Shown here in pieces: positions 1 through 9,304 of a stretch of 64,000 nucleotides of DNA. The translations under genes were made by a program, and so were the position numbers. The notes under the pieces are model-generated. The model searched no databases. It worked only from the letters and a program-made list of their open reading frames with translations, and was not told where the DNA came from. The first letter of the stretch is position 1. Each line of letters opens with the position of its first letter. Origin of the DNA: Candidatus Bathyarchaeota archaeon (GTDB lineage: Archaea; Thermoproteota; Bathyarchaeia; Bathyarchaeales; SOJC01); contig CP070649.1 of assembly GCA_020354575.1 (NCBI GenBank), positions 830,504 to 894,503 of the forward strand. The letters are read 5' to 3'.

Positions 1-80
1 GAATATGTTCACAATTTTAAAAGTATTTTTTTAGTAAATTTTCGTGAGTTCTCTTTTCTAGAATTGAAATACATCATGGC

Positions 81-1592
81 TTATTTGAATTGGACTCCTC
101 GTTTTACATTTTCAAGAGTTTGTCTTAGCTGAGCTGCATTTGCCATTAATAGCCCTAGCCTGAAAGAACTTGTGAACATTCTGACAATCTCTGAACACAG
201 TTTTCTTGGATTGAAGTAAAACGATTTGAAATAATTAAAGATCATCTCACTAATCTCTTCAAACTGAACAGCAGTTGGAACTACTCGTGGAACATATGCC
301 CCTTCCTCCCAATGCTTATCTTCGTCGATAAATCCTTTTGCCACTAGTTCGTTCCATAACGGAGAGCCAACAGGTGCACCAAGAATGTTGAATGATGGAA
401 CGTCAATGTCAATCTTTTGAGCAAATTCTAAGGTTTTCTTAATTTCTTCACGAGTCTCGTCAGGGGCTCCAACAATGAATGATCCTACAATAATGTCTAC
501 ACCTGCTTTTCGAGCGTTTCTAACTGCAGTTTTGGACTGTGCAGGAGATATATTTTTTTTATAGTAATTTAGAATTCGTTGATTGGCACTTTCAATTCCA
601 AAATACAGCGTTCTACAACCTGCTTTGACCATCTCTCTGAAAGTATTGAAACCGCAATTATCAACTCTAGAATCACAAAACCATTCTACTTTTAGTTTTT
701 TCTTTCTCAATTTGCGACAAAGCTTTGTTATTCGTCGCGGATTCAATGTGAAATTGTCATCGACAAAAAGAAACTCCCGATAACCCTCGCTATGAAGAAA
801 TTCCAGTTCCTTGACGATATTCTCAACTGAACGTGGTCTCCATATTCCTCGAGCAAAATTTCGGCATGCACAGAAAGTGCAGTGAAATGGACATCCACGA
901 GAGGAGAGGAGCGATGTAAACCTCTTGGTCGCGGTTCTTATTCCAAAGATTCTTGAGGTGTACTCGCAATCCACCAAGCGTCGATCTGGAAAGGGAAGTG
1001 AGTCAACGTCTTTGATTAGAGATTTTTCTGGCGTTGTCTTTATTTTCCTCTTATTAACGCGGTAGGTAATCCCGTTGACCGTTTTTATCTTTTCACCATT
1101 CTGTAAGCATTTGGCTAGCTCAAGACTAGTATACTCGCCTTCCCCTCTTACTACAATGTCAACATAAGGGTATTTTCTGAGAATTCTGTCCGCATTGAAA
1201 GTCGAGTGATAATTTCCAAAAACTACCAGCAAGTTTGGATTTTCCTTTTTCACGAGCCCTGCAATCTCTCCAGCTTCCTTTGATGAGCTACTTAAGACTG
1301 ATATTCCAAGAATATCAGGATTCTCTCTTTTTACCCAATCCCTAGTTTGCATTGTGGTGTATCCTTTTGCTGCTTGATCTAAAACAGAAACCTCGAAGCC
1401 TTCGTTTTTTAAGACGGTTGAGCAGTACAATATTCCTAATGGTGGCCATGCATTTGAACACATTTCCAAAGCGCCCTCTGAAAGTTTTGGCTGGATAAAT
1501 GAGAATTTCACTCCAATCACTCGCTTTTCAATCATCTTTATTTTTTTGAGAATATGAGTTTTAAGCATTTGTGTATGCTTAATTCTGAGCAT
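81..1592 (-). CDS. B12-binding domain radical SAM protein
   Basis: CxxxCxxC cluster (CPFHCTFCA) follows an N-terminal Rossmann-like cobalamin-binding-type region. Length of about 500 aa is typical of class B rSAM. Confidence 0.8.
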   Translation of the reverse strand: MLRIKHTQMLKTHILKKIKMIEKRVIGVKFSFIQPKLSEGALEMCSNAWPPLGILYCSTVLKNEGFEVSVLDQAAKGYTTMQTRDWVKRENPDILGISVLSSSSKEAGEIAGLVKKENPNLLVVFGNYHSTFNADRILRKYPYVDIVVRGEGEYTSLELAKCLQNGEKIKTVNGITYRVNKRKIKTTPEKSLIKDVDSLPFPDRRLVDCEYTSRIFGIRTATKRFTSLLSSRGCPFHCTFCACRNFARGIWRPRSVENIVKELEFLHSEGYREFLFVDDNFTLNPRRITKLCRKLRKKKLKVEWFCDSRVDNCGFNTFREMVKAGCRTLYFGIESANQRILNYYKKNISPAQSKTAVRNARKAGVDIIVGSFIVGAPDETREEIKKTLEFAQKIDIDVPSFNILGAPVGSPLWNELVAKGFIDEDKHWEEGAYVPRVVPTAVQFEEISEMIFNYFKSFYFNPRKLCSEIVRMFTSSFRLGLLMANAAQLRQTLENVKRGVQFK

Positions 1593-1621
1593 TAAAAAAA
1601 TATTTATAAGGGAACTAGTCT

Positions 1622-2602
1622 ATGCTCGGGGGAAGACCTTTGCAGAAAAAGTTGCTATTAAGTAAAAAAGAAAAAAAACATGAGATCAAAGAAATTGTCA
1701 TCTTTGAAAATCCAGAAAAACTTAAACCTGTTCTGAGCAGGCTGACATGGAAAATTCTTCTGATGCTCCACCAGAAGGAGATGTACCCCATGGAGATCGC
1801 TAAAAAATTGAACCTGCATGAACAAAAAGTCTATTATCATATGCGGAAGTTGATTCGGGCCGGTGTGATAAAAAAGGTGAAAGAAGAGGAAAAAAAAGGC
1901 GCAATCGCGAAGTATTATAAGGCTAATTTTCCAGCTCTCGGCGTTGAACTGCCTATTGGTGGTACAACTCTAAGTAATCTTGGCCCCTCTTTGAAAAGCA
2001 AGAGTATGCGACAATTCCTTTATCCCATTCTTAGAGAGAATCTTTTTGATGGAAAAATTGTAGTAGGAAGTCCAGATCCTCATGGACGATTCAAGACAAG
2101 CGCCCGTGACGGTCACTATGCATCATTCCTCACCTTCTTTCTCGGGCAGTTCGCTGAATTGCCTGATGATTTTGCTATCAAACTAGATGTGGATATTAAA
2201 GCTGAGAAAGAGGAGGGAACTAATCTTATCCTTGTTGGTGGACCTGGAACTAATCTTATAACTCAGGAAATTAATGCCCATCTTCCTATAAGGTTCAATA
2301 TGAAATCCTCTGAGCACGGCTTTCTTTTTGGTGGTTTAGTTTCCAGAAACACGAGCAACGTATACACTGCAGATACAATAGGCGTAATCGCAAAAATCAT
2401 CAATCCTTGGAGTCAAAAAAAGAGGGTCATAATCCTTGCTGGCAATAAAGCAGTAGGTACGAAATCATGCGTTCTGGCGCTGACCAAGTTTTGGAAACAA
2501 ACATTAAGAAGCTATCAGGGAGAAGACTACTTTGCTACAGTAATCCAAGGCTTTGACCTAGATGGAGATGGGAAGGTCGATTCAATAGATGTGCTTGAAT
2601 AA
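1622..2602 (+). CDS. winged-helix (ArsR-like) DNA-binding protein with a large C-terminal domain
   Basis: N-terminal wHTH-like segment (LSRLTWKILLML...MEIAKKLNLHEQKVYYHMRKLIRAGVI). The roughly 200 aa C-terminal domain ends in DLDGDGKVDSID. Exact start uncertain. Confidence 0.6.
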   Translation: MLGGRPLQKKLLLSKKEKKHEIKEIVIFENPEKLKPVLSRLTWKILLMLHQKEMYPMEIAKKLNLHEQKVYYHMRKLIRAGVIKKVKEEEKKGAIAKYYKANFPALGVELPIGGTTLSNLGPSLKSKSMRQFLYPILRENLFDGKIVVGSPDPHGRFKTSARDGHYASFLTFFLGQFAELPDDFAIKLDVDIKAEKEEGTNLILVGGPGTNLITQEINAHLPIRFNMKSSEHGFLFGGLVSRNTSNVYTADTIGVIAKIINPWSQKKRVIILAGNKAVGTKSCVLALTKFWKQTLRSYQGEDYFATVIQGFDLDGDGKVDSIDVLE

Positions 2603-2727
2603 TCGTGAAATAGATCATAGAGACGCCTTTAAAGCGCAAAGAGAATGACCCCTCATATATATGCATGCAAATGAGAGAGGGCAGCAAGCTTCAATGGTCA
2701 AATTGACCATTTTAAAGATGAAAAAAC

Positions 2728-3159
2728 ATGAGAGCAGCTGAGACTGTGTCTGCACACGGGCATGAAAGAATTCTGGCCACAAATAAAACTACCTTCGAAA
2801 TAACCAAAGATAAAAGCTTAACAGAACAAGGTGACTGCATAATCGCATTAGGGGCAAATAAAAGCACAATTGATTTGAAAGGCAAATTCAAGGAAATAAT
2901 AAAAAAGAAAGAAGCAAAACTAACAATTTGTATTCAAGCGGACGGTGAAGAAGAAATCATAGAAGCTTGGGGAAGCCCTTCTCTCACACTTAACCACCAT
3001 TCAGACTTGGTTATCCGCAAGAGCAATTATGTATGTGATAGGACTCTAGCGATAAAGGCCAATAAGGCAGCTCAAGATTTTTCCAGAAATTTGATAAAGA
3101 AACTTCAAAATTCTGAGCAAGAAGTTAGCATACTTCTGTTCGTTGAGGAAATCAAGTAA
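2728..3159 (+). CDS. DUF371-like conserved archaeal protein
   Basis: VSAHGHERILATNKTTFEITKD...GDCIIALGANKS pattern recalled from DUF371 proteins. Confidence 0.55.
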   Translation: MRAAETVSAHGHERILATNKTTFEITKDKSLTEQGDCIIALGANKSTIDLKGKFKEIIKKKEAKLTICIQADGEEEIIEAWGSPSLTLNHHSDLVIRKSNYVCDRTLAIKANKAAQDFSRNLIKKLQNSEQEVSILLFVEEIK

Positions 3160-3242
3160 TATTCATGCAGAAAAAACAGATTTCGAATAAAGTTTGATGC
3201 TTCATAACTCTTATCATAAAAGCAGGGAGCCTTGTATGATGA

Positions 3243-3434
3243 TTGGAAATGAGTCAAAAGGAAATGTTTCTAAAAGAAGTGGTCGAGAAGGTTGGAGACA
3301 AAGTTGGAAAGCAATCTACTAGTGAGAGAGTGGAGCATTTTGCCAAACATGGGACTCTTTACTTATTTTTTGAAATGATAAACCTGAGACAAGAAGTAGA
3401 AAGATTGAAGAGAGAATTAAGTACAAATGAATAG
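3243..3434 (+). CDS. small hypothetical protein
   Basis: 63-aa ORF with a charged helical composition. No recognisable motif. Confidence 0.3.
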   Translation: MEMSQKEMFLKEVVEKVGDKVGKQSTSERVEHFAKHGTLYLFFEMINLRQEVERLKRELSTNE

Positions 3435-3470
3435 CGCAAAAGAGAAGGAGCTTTTCGACTCTAATTACAT

Positions 3471-3547
3471 TGGCGGGCCCGACGGGAATTGAACCCGCGA
3501 CCTACGGATTAAGAGTCCGCTGCTCTGCCTTGCTGAGCTACGGGCCC
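3471..3547 (-). tRNA. tRNA-Lys (anticodon CUU), CCA encoded
   Basis: Reverse complement reads GGGCCCGTAGCTCAGCAAGGCAGAGCAGCGGACTCTTAATCCGTAGGTCGCGGGTTCAATTCCCGTCGGGCCCGCCA. It folds as a full cloverleaf with anticodon loop CTCTTAA. Confidence 0.92.
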
Positions 3548-3769
3548 AATCACTTCAGAAAGAACCTATGCAAGAAATTTAGAGCTTTCGGTATTCTATA
3601 TGCATTTTCTTTTTTCCTAGACTTTTACGCAAAACAAGTGCTAAAGCTCGCTTCCCCAGCTTTCATTTGGGTAAATCAGTAAATTACATCACTAAATTTG
3701 TGAGAAGACGACTAGGTTTGCGCGTTACCCTAATATTTTAAGATTAGTAGATAAACTGTGGTGATACAG

Positions 3770-4573
3770 ATGGGTGAGCTAATTTTTATTGGCCTAGGGT
3801 TACATGATGAAAGGGGTATTTCCTTACGGGGTTTGGAAGAGATGGAGAATGCAGGAGCTATTTTTGTAGAGGCTTATACGAATTTAATGGAAGGTTTAAG
3901 AATTAAGAAATTAGAGAAACTAGCCAGAAATAAGATTATATCGGTTTCGAGGAGGATGCTTGAAGAAGAAGAGGGCAAGCTCATCTTGGATTCCGCTAGG
4001 AAAGGAAAAACGGTTTTTCTTGTACCTGGTGACCCATTAATCGCGACAACTCATGTGGATTTACGAATAAGGGCAGAGAAAGCTAAGATAAACACACGAA
4101 TAATTCATGGTGCTTCTATAATCTCTGCTGCGATTGGGCTGTCTGGATTGCAGAATTATAAATTTGGTCGAAGTGTAACGATCCCTTTTCCTAATGGTGC
4201 GATAATTTCGGAGTTGCCTTATGAAGTAGTGCAGGCGAATCTGCAAGTTGGCAATCATACGTTATGCTTCTTGGACATCAAAGCCGAGGAAAGTAAGTAT
4301 ATGACTATAAAGGATGCCATAGAAATTCTTCGTTTGATTGAGAAAAGAAGGCAAGAACATGTTATTTCTCCAAACATGCTAGCTGTGGGTATAGCGAGAG
4401 CAGGTTCAGAGGAACCCATTGTAAAAGCTGATTTAGTCCCAATGCTTGTGGATTATGATTTTGGCAAACCTCCTCACATTATTATCTTTCCAGGGAAACT
4501 CCATTTCATGGAGGCGGAGGCTCTTGTGAAATTTGCGGAAGCACCTGAAAGCATACGGGAGCTTACCAAATGA
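3770..4573 (+). CDS. dphB: diphthine synthase
   Basis: MGELIFIGLGL...VPGDPLIATTH...PPHIIIFPGKLHFME is typical of tetrapyrrole-methylase-fold Dph5. Start taken at the ATG rather than the upstream GTG at 3758. Confidence 0.9.
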   Translation: MGELIFIGLGLHDERGISLRGLEEMENAGAIFVEAYTNLMEGLRIKKLEKLARNKIISVSRRMLEEEEGKLILDSARKGKTVFLVPGDPLIATTHVDLRIRAEKAKINTRIIHGASIISAAIGLSGLQNYKFGRSVTIPFPNGAIISELPYEVVQANLQVGNHTLCFLDIKAEESKYMTIKDAIEILRLIEKRRQEHVISPNMLAVGIARAGSEEPIVKADLVPMLVDYDFGKPPHIIIFPGKLHFMEAEALVKFAEAPESIRELTK

Positions 4574-4854
4574 CAATTAAAAGGCTTGTTGAGAAATATA
4601 TTAAAAAAACTCAGCAAGCTCTTCGGCAAATAGACATAAGAAAAAATGGCGAAGGCAATCCAAGAGTTAATGTTGTTTTGGATTATGCAGCCAGATATTT
4701 AAAAGACGCGATTTATTATAGTGACCAAGAAAAATTTGAAACAGCTCTCGGTTCAATTGCTTATAGTGAGGGCTTGCTTGATGCGTTAAGGTTGCTTCAA
4801 CTGGTGAAGTTTCAATGGCTAAAAAAAGACAAGCTATCAAAAGACGTCCCATAG
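4570..4854 (+). CDS. DUF357-like protein
   Basis: YAARYLKDAIYY...ALGSIAYSEGLLDALRLL helical-pair pattern. Overlaps the dphB stop by 4 nt. Confidence 0.55.
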   Translation: MTIKRLVEKYIKKTQQALRQIDIRKNGEGNPRVNVVLDYAARYLKDAIYYSDQEKFETALGSIAYSEGLLDALRLLQLVKFQWLKKDKLSKDVP

Positions 4855-5291
4855 TTATGGCAGCGGGAGTCTTCGACTTGCTCCATTTAGGTCACGTTAG
4901 ATTCTTGGAAGAGGCAAAGAGAGCAGGTGGGGAAGATGCAGAACTTATCGTCATTGTAGCTCGAGACAAAACGGTGGAAAACAGGAAAGGCGAAAAACCG
5001 GTGATGTCCGAAAATCAGCGACGAGCCTTGGTAGAATCTTTGCAAGTTGTAGATGAAGCAATTCTGGGATATGAAGAGTTTGATATAAAGAAGGTTGTTG
5101 ACAAAATAGCACCGAACGTCATTGTTCTGGGACATGACCAAAAGGGTATTGGAAAAATGGTGAGAAAGGCTATTGCTGATGAAGGTTTGAATATTAAGAT
5201 CAACAAAATCGGGAAATTTAGCGAGGACGAACTTAACAGCAGCTCTGAAATTAAAAGAAAAATTATTGAGTTGTATAGAAGGAAGGCTTAA
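4815..5291 (+). CDS. ribL: FAD synthase (archaeal RibL-type cytidylyltransferase-fold)
   Basis: AGVFDLLHLGHVRFLEEAK nucleotidyltransferase (H/T)xGH motif. Size of about 150 aa. Alternative start at 4857. Confidence 0.75.
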   Translation: MAKKRQAIKRRPIVMAAGVFDLLHLGHVRFLEEAKRAGGEDAELIVIVARDKTVENRKGEKPVMSENQRRALVESLQVVDEAILGYEEFDIKKVVDKIAPNVIVLGHDQKGIGKMVRKAIADEGLNIKINKIGKFSEDELNSSSEIKRKIIELYRRKA

Positions 5292-5381
5292 CCCGGTTTT
5301 TTCACCAAGTACACGCTTACAAAGATTCTGATTGGTAATGCGATCTAAATTCAGAAGAATTTGGTTATAATCTGGGAGTTG

Positions 5382-6119
5382 CTAGGGCATTGTGAAGATC
5401 TCCATCTTCACTTTTTGTCCATCCCTAATTTTCAATTGATTACGTAAATAGTGGGGTGCAATGATCTCGAGCACCGAGGAATCATAATGGGTTCGAAAAG
5501 CCAATATTAAAGCACCTCTGGCCTTGTTATTAATAAGCGCTGGATAGCATTTGACGGGGCCAAAAGTTCTTGACTCATTTTTAAATCCTTCAATTTCTAT
5601 AGCTGGATAATTATCCAGCTCTTGTCTTGTTTTTTTATCATAGTCTGATGTTACCCTGACATTCAAGGTTCCAGGATAAGGGTCAAATCCAAGTTTTTCT
5701 ATGAATTGCTTTCGATATCCATCCTGCTTTATATAATAAGCACCTTCACCTAGACCACTAAACGCCACACCTTCTAATGTTACTGAAAGAGGGTAAGCAG
5801 CTTCTATGAGTGCTTTTAGTTTCAAGTAGAGGTTTTTCAATTGCGTTTTTCCGGTATCGGTAAGTGTGATTAGACAACCCTCGGCTGTGATCGATCTTTT
5901 AATCCAGCCAATTTTTTCAAGTTCTATTAAATAGCGAGACGCTGTTTGTTGGGAAAAGCTAATCTTCTCTGCCAGAAATTGAGTGGAGACTTTTATCGTT
6001 CGGCGATAGGCTCCCATTTCGGCGAGTCTATATAGAATAAGCTGTTGTTTCCATGATATCATGTCTATGCTGGGGGCAGTCATCCTTCTGTACCTTATCA
6101 AGGAAGAGTAGCTACCCAC
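5382..6119 (-). CDS. ribK: wHTH domain fused to CTP-dependent riboflavin kinase
   Basis: N-terminal wHTH (ISFSQQTASRYLIELEKIGWIKR). C-terminal GEGAYYI...LGFDPYPGTLNV...SRTFGPVKCYPA matches the archaeal RibK fold. Start codon uncertain (GTG at 6119 or internal ATGs). Confidence 0.8.
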   Translation of the reverse strand: MGSYSSLIRYRRMTAPSIDMISWKQQLILYRLAEMGAYRRTIKVSTQFLAEKISFSQQTASRYLIELEKIGWIKRSITAEGCLITLTDTGKTQLKNLYLKLKALIEAAYPLSVTLEGVAFSGLGEGAYYIKQDGYRKQFIEKLGFDPYPGTLNVRVTSDYDKKTRQELDNYPAIEIEGFKNESRTFGPVKCYPALINNKARGALILAFRTHYDSSVLEIIAPHYLRNQLKIRDGQKVKMEIFTMP

Positions 6120-6351
6120 CTATAAGAATACTGTAGGGATATCTGCGCATGCAATATGGCGAAACGCATGTATGCAAAGAACATTAAATATGGCGATTGC
6201 GACTATTATCTTGGAGAGGTTATGAAACCCCAAAGCACCACGACGTCGTCTGACCCGTCGAACAGCTGAAAGGTTTCAGCCCTGCCTCTCCCATCTTCTA
6301 CTTCATTGCAGATGAGGATCGTTACTATTATATACTCGATTCGATTTTATG

Positions 6352-6448
6352 CTTCCACGGGGGAGCTAGGAAGATGATCCTGGCTGAGAAGATGGGAGAA
6401 ATCCATCGACCCTATGAACCTGATCCAGTTAATACTGGCGGAGGGAAG
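6352..6448 (+). promoter_or_regulatory. TPP (THI-box) riboswitch
   Basis: Conserved CTGAGA at 6384-6389. Also ACCTGATCCAGTTAATACTGGCGGAGGGAA at 6418-6447. P1 pairs CTTCC (6352-6356) with GGAAG (6444-6448) and overlaps a GGAGG Shine-Dalgarno-like element 6-10 nt before the ATG at 6454. Confidence 0.88.
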
Positions 6449-6453
6449 AACAT

Positions 6454-6999
6454 ATGAATAGAACTAAGTTTATGAGTACGATAGACACAAGGATTTTGGC
6501 TGAAGCCGTAATTTTTATTGCTCTTGCAAATGCGCTTTATATTTTAAGCAAAATCTACGTTCCCTTCTTGAGATTGCCACAAGGAGGAAGTGTAACTTTA
6601 GCGAGTATGGTGCCTCTGCTTTGGTTTGCTTTAAGACGCGGTCCTCGATGGGGAGTGGAAGCTGGAGTAGTATATGGATTGGTGCACATGGTTATCTCTG
6701 GAGAGATCTATTATCCAACACAAGTACTACTGGATTATCCATTGGCCTTTGGTGCTTTGGGCTTAGCAGGTGCACTAAGAAAACATCCAGTATTAGGAGT
6801 AATATTTGGGATTACTGGGCGATTCATTTGTCATTTCATCTCTGGGGTCATATTCTTCGGTCAATGGGCATGGGAAGGTTGGCATCCCATAGCTTATTCT
6901 GCAGCATACAATGCAACATATTTAGTTCCTGAATTAGTAGTGAGCGTTACAGTAGTCTATATATTACTAAAAAGGAACTTGCTCGAAATCTACATGTGA
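6454..6999 (+). CDS. thiT: thiamine transporter ThiT-like (ECF S component)
   Basis: Six-TM protein with LRRG and CHFISGVIFFGQWAWEGWHPIAYSAAYN, very close to the ThiT signature (FHFIAGIIFWSQYAWKGW). Sits directly behind the TPP riboswitch. Confidence 0.85.
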   Translation: MNRTKFMSTIDTRILAEAVIFIALANALYILSKIYVPFLRLPQGGSVTLASMVPLLWFALRRGPRWGVEAGVVYGLVHMVISGEIYYPTQVLLDYPLAFGALGLAGALRKHPVLGVIFGITGRFICHFISGVIFFGQWAWEGWHPIAYSAAYNATYLVPELVVSVTVVYILLKRNLLEIYM

Positions 7000-7086
7000 C
7001 TTCTTCGGAATCAATTCGCAGCTAGGGAACAAATCTTAATTTCAAGTTCATAATCCTTTTCTTACTTTGACCTCTGAATAAGGCAC

Positions 7087-7548
7087 ATGACAGCCAGGGG
7101 TATGAAGCGACTTATCATGGGTCTGTTTTGTTTTCTTACCTTCTTTTTAGTTTGCAACCTCGCAAATGCGTTCTCAGAATCCATACAAGTACCCGCAGGA
7201 GAAACTGAGACAAGAGCTGTGAACATGAAAGAGGGCGATAGAATTTCTGGGAGAGTAACAATTGTAGGGCAATCATTGAACTTCTCAATCTATAGCCCTG
7301 ATGGACAAACCATTATTAACAGCACCCTCTCCGATCCAATAGATTTCCAATTTGTAGCCACAGCAACAGGCGTGTATGGCTTCTACTTCGAAAACACATT
7401 CTCTAATGAGGCGAACTTGGTGACTCTTAACTATAATGTACAATATTACATCTTTGGGTTTCCTCAAGAATACATAATCTTGTTTTTCATAGTAGGCCTT
7501 GCACTTGTTGCTGTTGTGGTTTATGCTGCGATGTCACCAAAGCCTTAG
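7087..7548 (+). CDS. secreted and membrane-anchored GOLD/emp24-like beta-sandwich protein
   Basis: Signal peptide, then GDRISGRVTIVGQSLNFSIYSPDGQTII...FQFVATATGVYGFYFENTFSNEANLVTL (the p24/GOLD pattern), then a C-terminal TM helix and a 4-aa tail. Confidence 0.55.
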   Translation: MTARGMKRLIMGLFCFLTFFLVCNLANAFSESIQVPAGETETRAVNMKEGDRISGRVTIVGQSLNFSIYSPDGQTIINSTLSDPIDFQFVATATGVYGFYFENTFSNEANLVTLNYNVQYYIFGFPQEYIILFFIVGLALVAVVVYAAMSPKP

Positions 7549-7603
7549 AAGTACATAACAAACAAAAAGTTAAAGAGGAAACCAAAGCTTCCATTCTAGA
7601 TAG

Positions 7604-8113
7604 GTGAAGAACCCCATGGATAAGGTGGAAAAGAACCAAGTTTTGCTAGATAACGCGCAAGGCTACGGTGAGGTGTGGGATATAGTAAAGGATAACGCCA
7701 AGGCTGTCTTAAATAGCCAACGACTGGGAATGATGCTTTTTCTTGATGATATGCCCCTTAGACTCGGAGCATATCATCCTATAGGAACAAACAATATAGT
7801 TCTAAACCGTGCCCTTATCCAGCTAGTCCAAAAAACTACAAAGTCTAGGAAATTGTTGAATGCTTTCATTTATTCGGTTTTACTTCATGAATACCTCCAC
7901 GCATTAGGATATATCCGAGAAACAGAAGTTCGAGCTCTAGTTCACAAGATTTCAAGAGAATGCTTTGGTGAAAACCATATTGCTGCACAGCTAGCAAAAT
8001 CAGGACCTTGGGCCTTATTGCGAGGGCTTCCCTTAGACTCATTACGGGCTCCTAGACATGTGATGGAAATTGTGAAAGACTTTGAACGGATAAATCAGAA
8101 ATATATAGTGTAG
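7604..8113 (+). CDS. hypothetical protein with HExxH zincin-like motif
   Basis: LLHEYLHALGY motif. No other recognisable domain. Confidence 0.4.
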   Translation: MKNPMDKVEKNQVLLDNAQGYGEVWDIVKDNAKAVLNSQRLGMMLFLDDMPLRLGAYHPIGTNNIVLNRALIQLVQKTTKSRKLLNAFIYSVLLHEYLHALGYIRETEVRALVHKISRECFGENHIAAQLAKSGPWALLRGLPLDSLRAPRHVMEIVKDFERINQKYIV

Positions 8114-8197
8114 AGGCGTTTCTCTAGACTCGCAGGTCGAAACAAGGATATTTTCAGCCTAGTTCAGAACCCAAAGTTTTTAAGAGCAAACCAAACA

Positions 8198-8560
8198 ATG
8201 AATGTTCTAGAATATTGGAGAGAGCAAATGATGTATTGTACCAAATGTGGAACCCAAAACGAAGATGACGCAAAAGTGTGCACAAAATGTGGTGCATCGT
8301 TGCAACTAACTCATCCTAGAAGACATCGGCGCTCTGGTGATAATTGCTTTGGACCACGCGAAAGTCGATCTATGGAGAAAGAATGCTTCGGGTTACCTTA
8401 TGGTGGCGCAATTGTAGGCTTGATCTTTGGACTTATAGTTATAATCATTGGGTTTGCAATTCTAACTGGGTTTGAAATCTGGAACTACCTGTGGGCAATA
8501 ATTATAGTCATTGTGGGTGTATTAATCATCGCTGGAGCCCTTTATGGGATGCGCCGTTAG
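8198..8560 (+). CDS. zinc-ribbon domain membrane protein
   Basis: CTKCGTQNEDDAKVCTKCG zinc ribbon followed by two TM helices. Confidence 0.6.
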   Translation: MNVLEYWREQMMYCTKCGTQNEDDAKVCTKCGASLQLTHPRRHRRSGDNCFGPRESRSMEKECFGLPYGGAIVGLIFGLIVIIIGFAILTGFEIWNYLWAIIIVIVGVLIIAGALYGMRR

Positions 8561-9304
8561 TTAGACTTCTTTATTTTCCTCTGCGAAATTACATTCCTCC
8601 CAACCACAATCCGTGCAAATTCTATGATGACTCTGCTGAGAAAGCTTAATTCTAGTGAATATCCAAAAAATACTTAGAGAGACCAAAAAAAGATCAGCAT
8701 TGATATTCTGTGTTAAACCGTCGACTCCCACAAGGAGAAAGAAAGCACTAACAACAAAAAAGAGATTCACTGCAAGATGACCGATGCCCTTTGCAAATCC
8801 AAGAAGTTGATACTGAAGTAATCCACACGAAACTCCAATAAAGCCAACTATAAAAAGCGGAAGAGGTCTCTTAAAGAAAGAAGATTCGATGAAAATCCAT
8901 ATTACTATTCCCAAGAGAGAAAGAAAAGCGCCTAAAATCAGCCCTGTGCATCCAGCGCAAAAGGCTCTATTTCGAATTATAAAAAGGTGAGTATCAAAAT
9001 TCCCGCAATCAGGATGGTGTCCTCTCATGGAAGATAGATTTTTAGTTGTTTCTTCAGCTGGTCTTTGAACACCGGTTCCCTTCGTCACTCTTCTGAAATG
9101 AAAAATTCCCGAGCATTTTAAGGGAAATACACCAGCAATAATTCCCAGAATACAGATAATACTAAAAAGTGTGCTAGCGATTGATCTTCTCCAATAAAAA
9201 GAGCCTGATATTTCCACTGGTAGGTTAATAAATGCAGTAACAAAAGCCAATCCTAAGAATGAAATCGTGAGAAAGACTATCGCGAGTACACTCTGAGACC
9301 TCAA
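8561..9304 (-). CDS. Cys-rich polytopic membrane protein (DUF2085-like)
   Basis: Multiple TM helices. Motifs HHPDCGNFDTH...RAFCAGCTG and a C-terminal CTDCGWEEC. Its start overlaps the stop of the upstream rSAM gene by 4 nt. Confidence 0.55.
   Translation of the reverse strand: MRSQSVLAIVFLTISFLGLAFVTAFINLPVEISGSFYWRRSIASTLFSIICILGIIAGVFPLKCSGIFHFRRVTKGTGVQRPAEETTKNLSSMRGHHPDCGNFDTHLFIIRNRAFCAGCTGLILGAFLSLLGIVIWIFIESSFFKRPLPLFIVGFIGVSCGLLQYQLLGFAKGIGHLAVNLFFVVSAFFLLVGVDGLTQNINADLFLVSLSIFWIFTRIKLSQQSHHRICTDCGWEECNFAEENKEV

Noticed and set aside
3470-3682. 70-aa plus-strand ORF
   Set aside because: Its first 25 codons are the antisense of tRNA-Lys. The remainder is AT-rich spacer.
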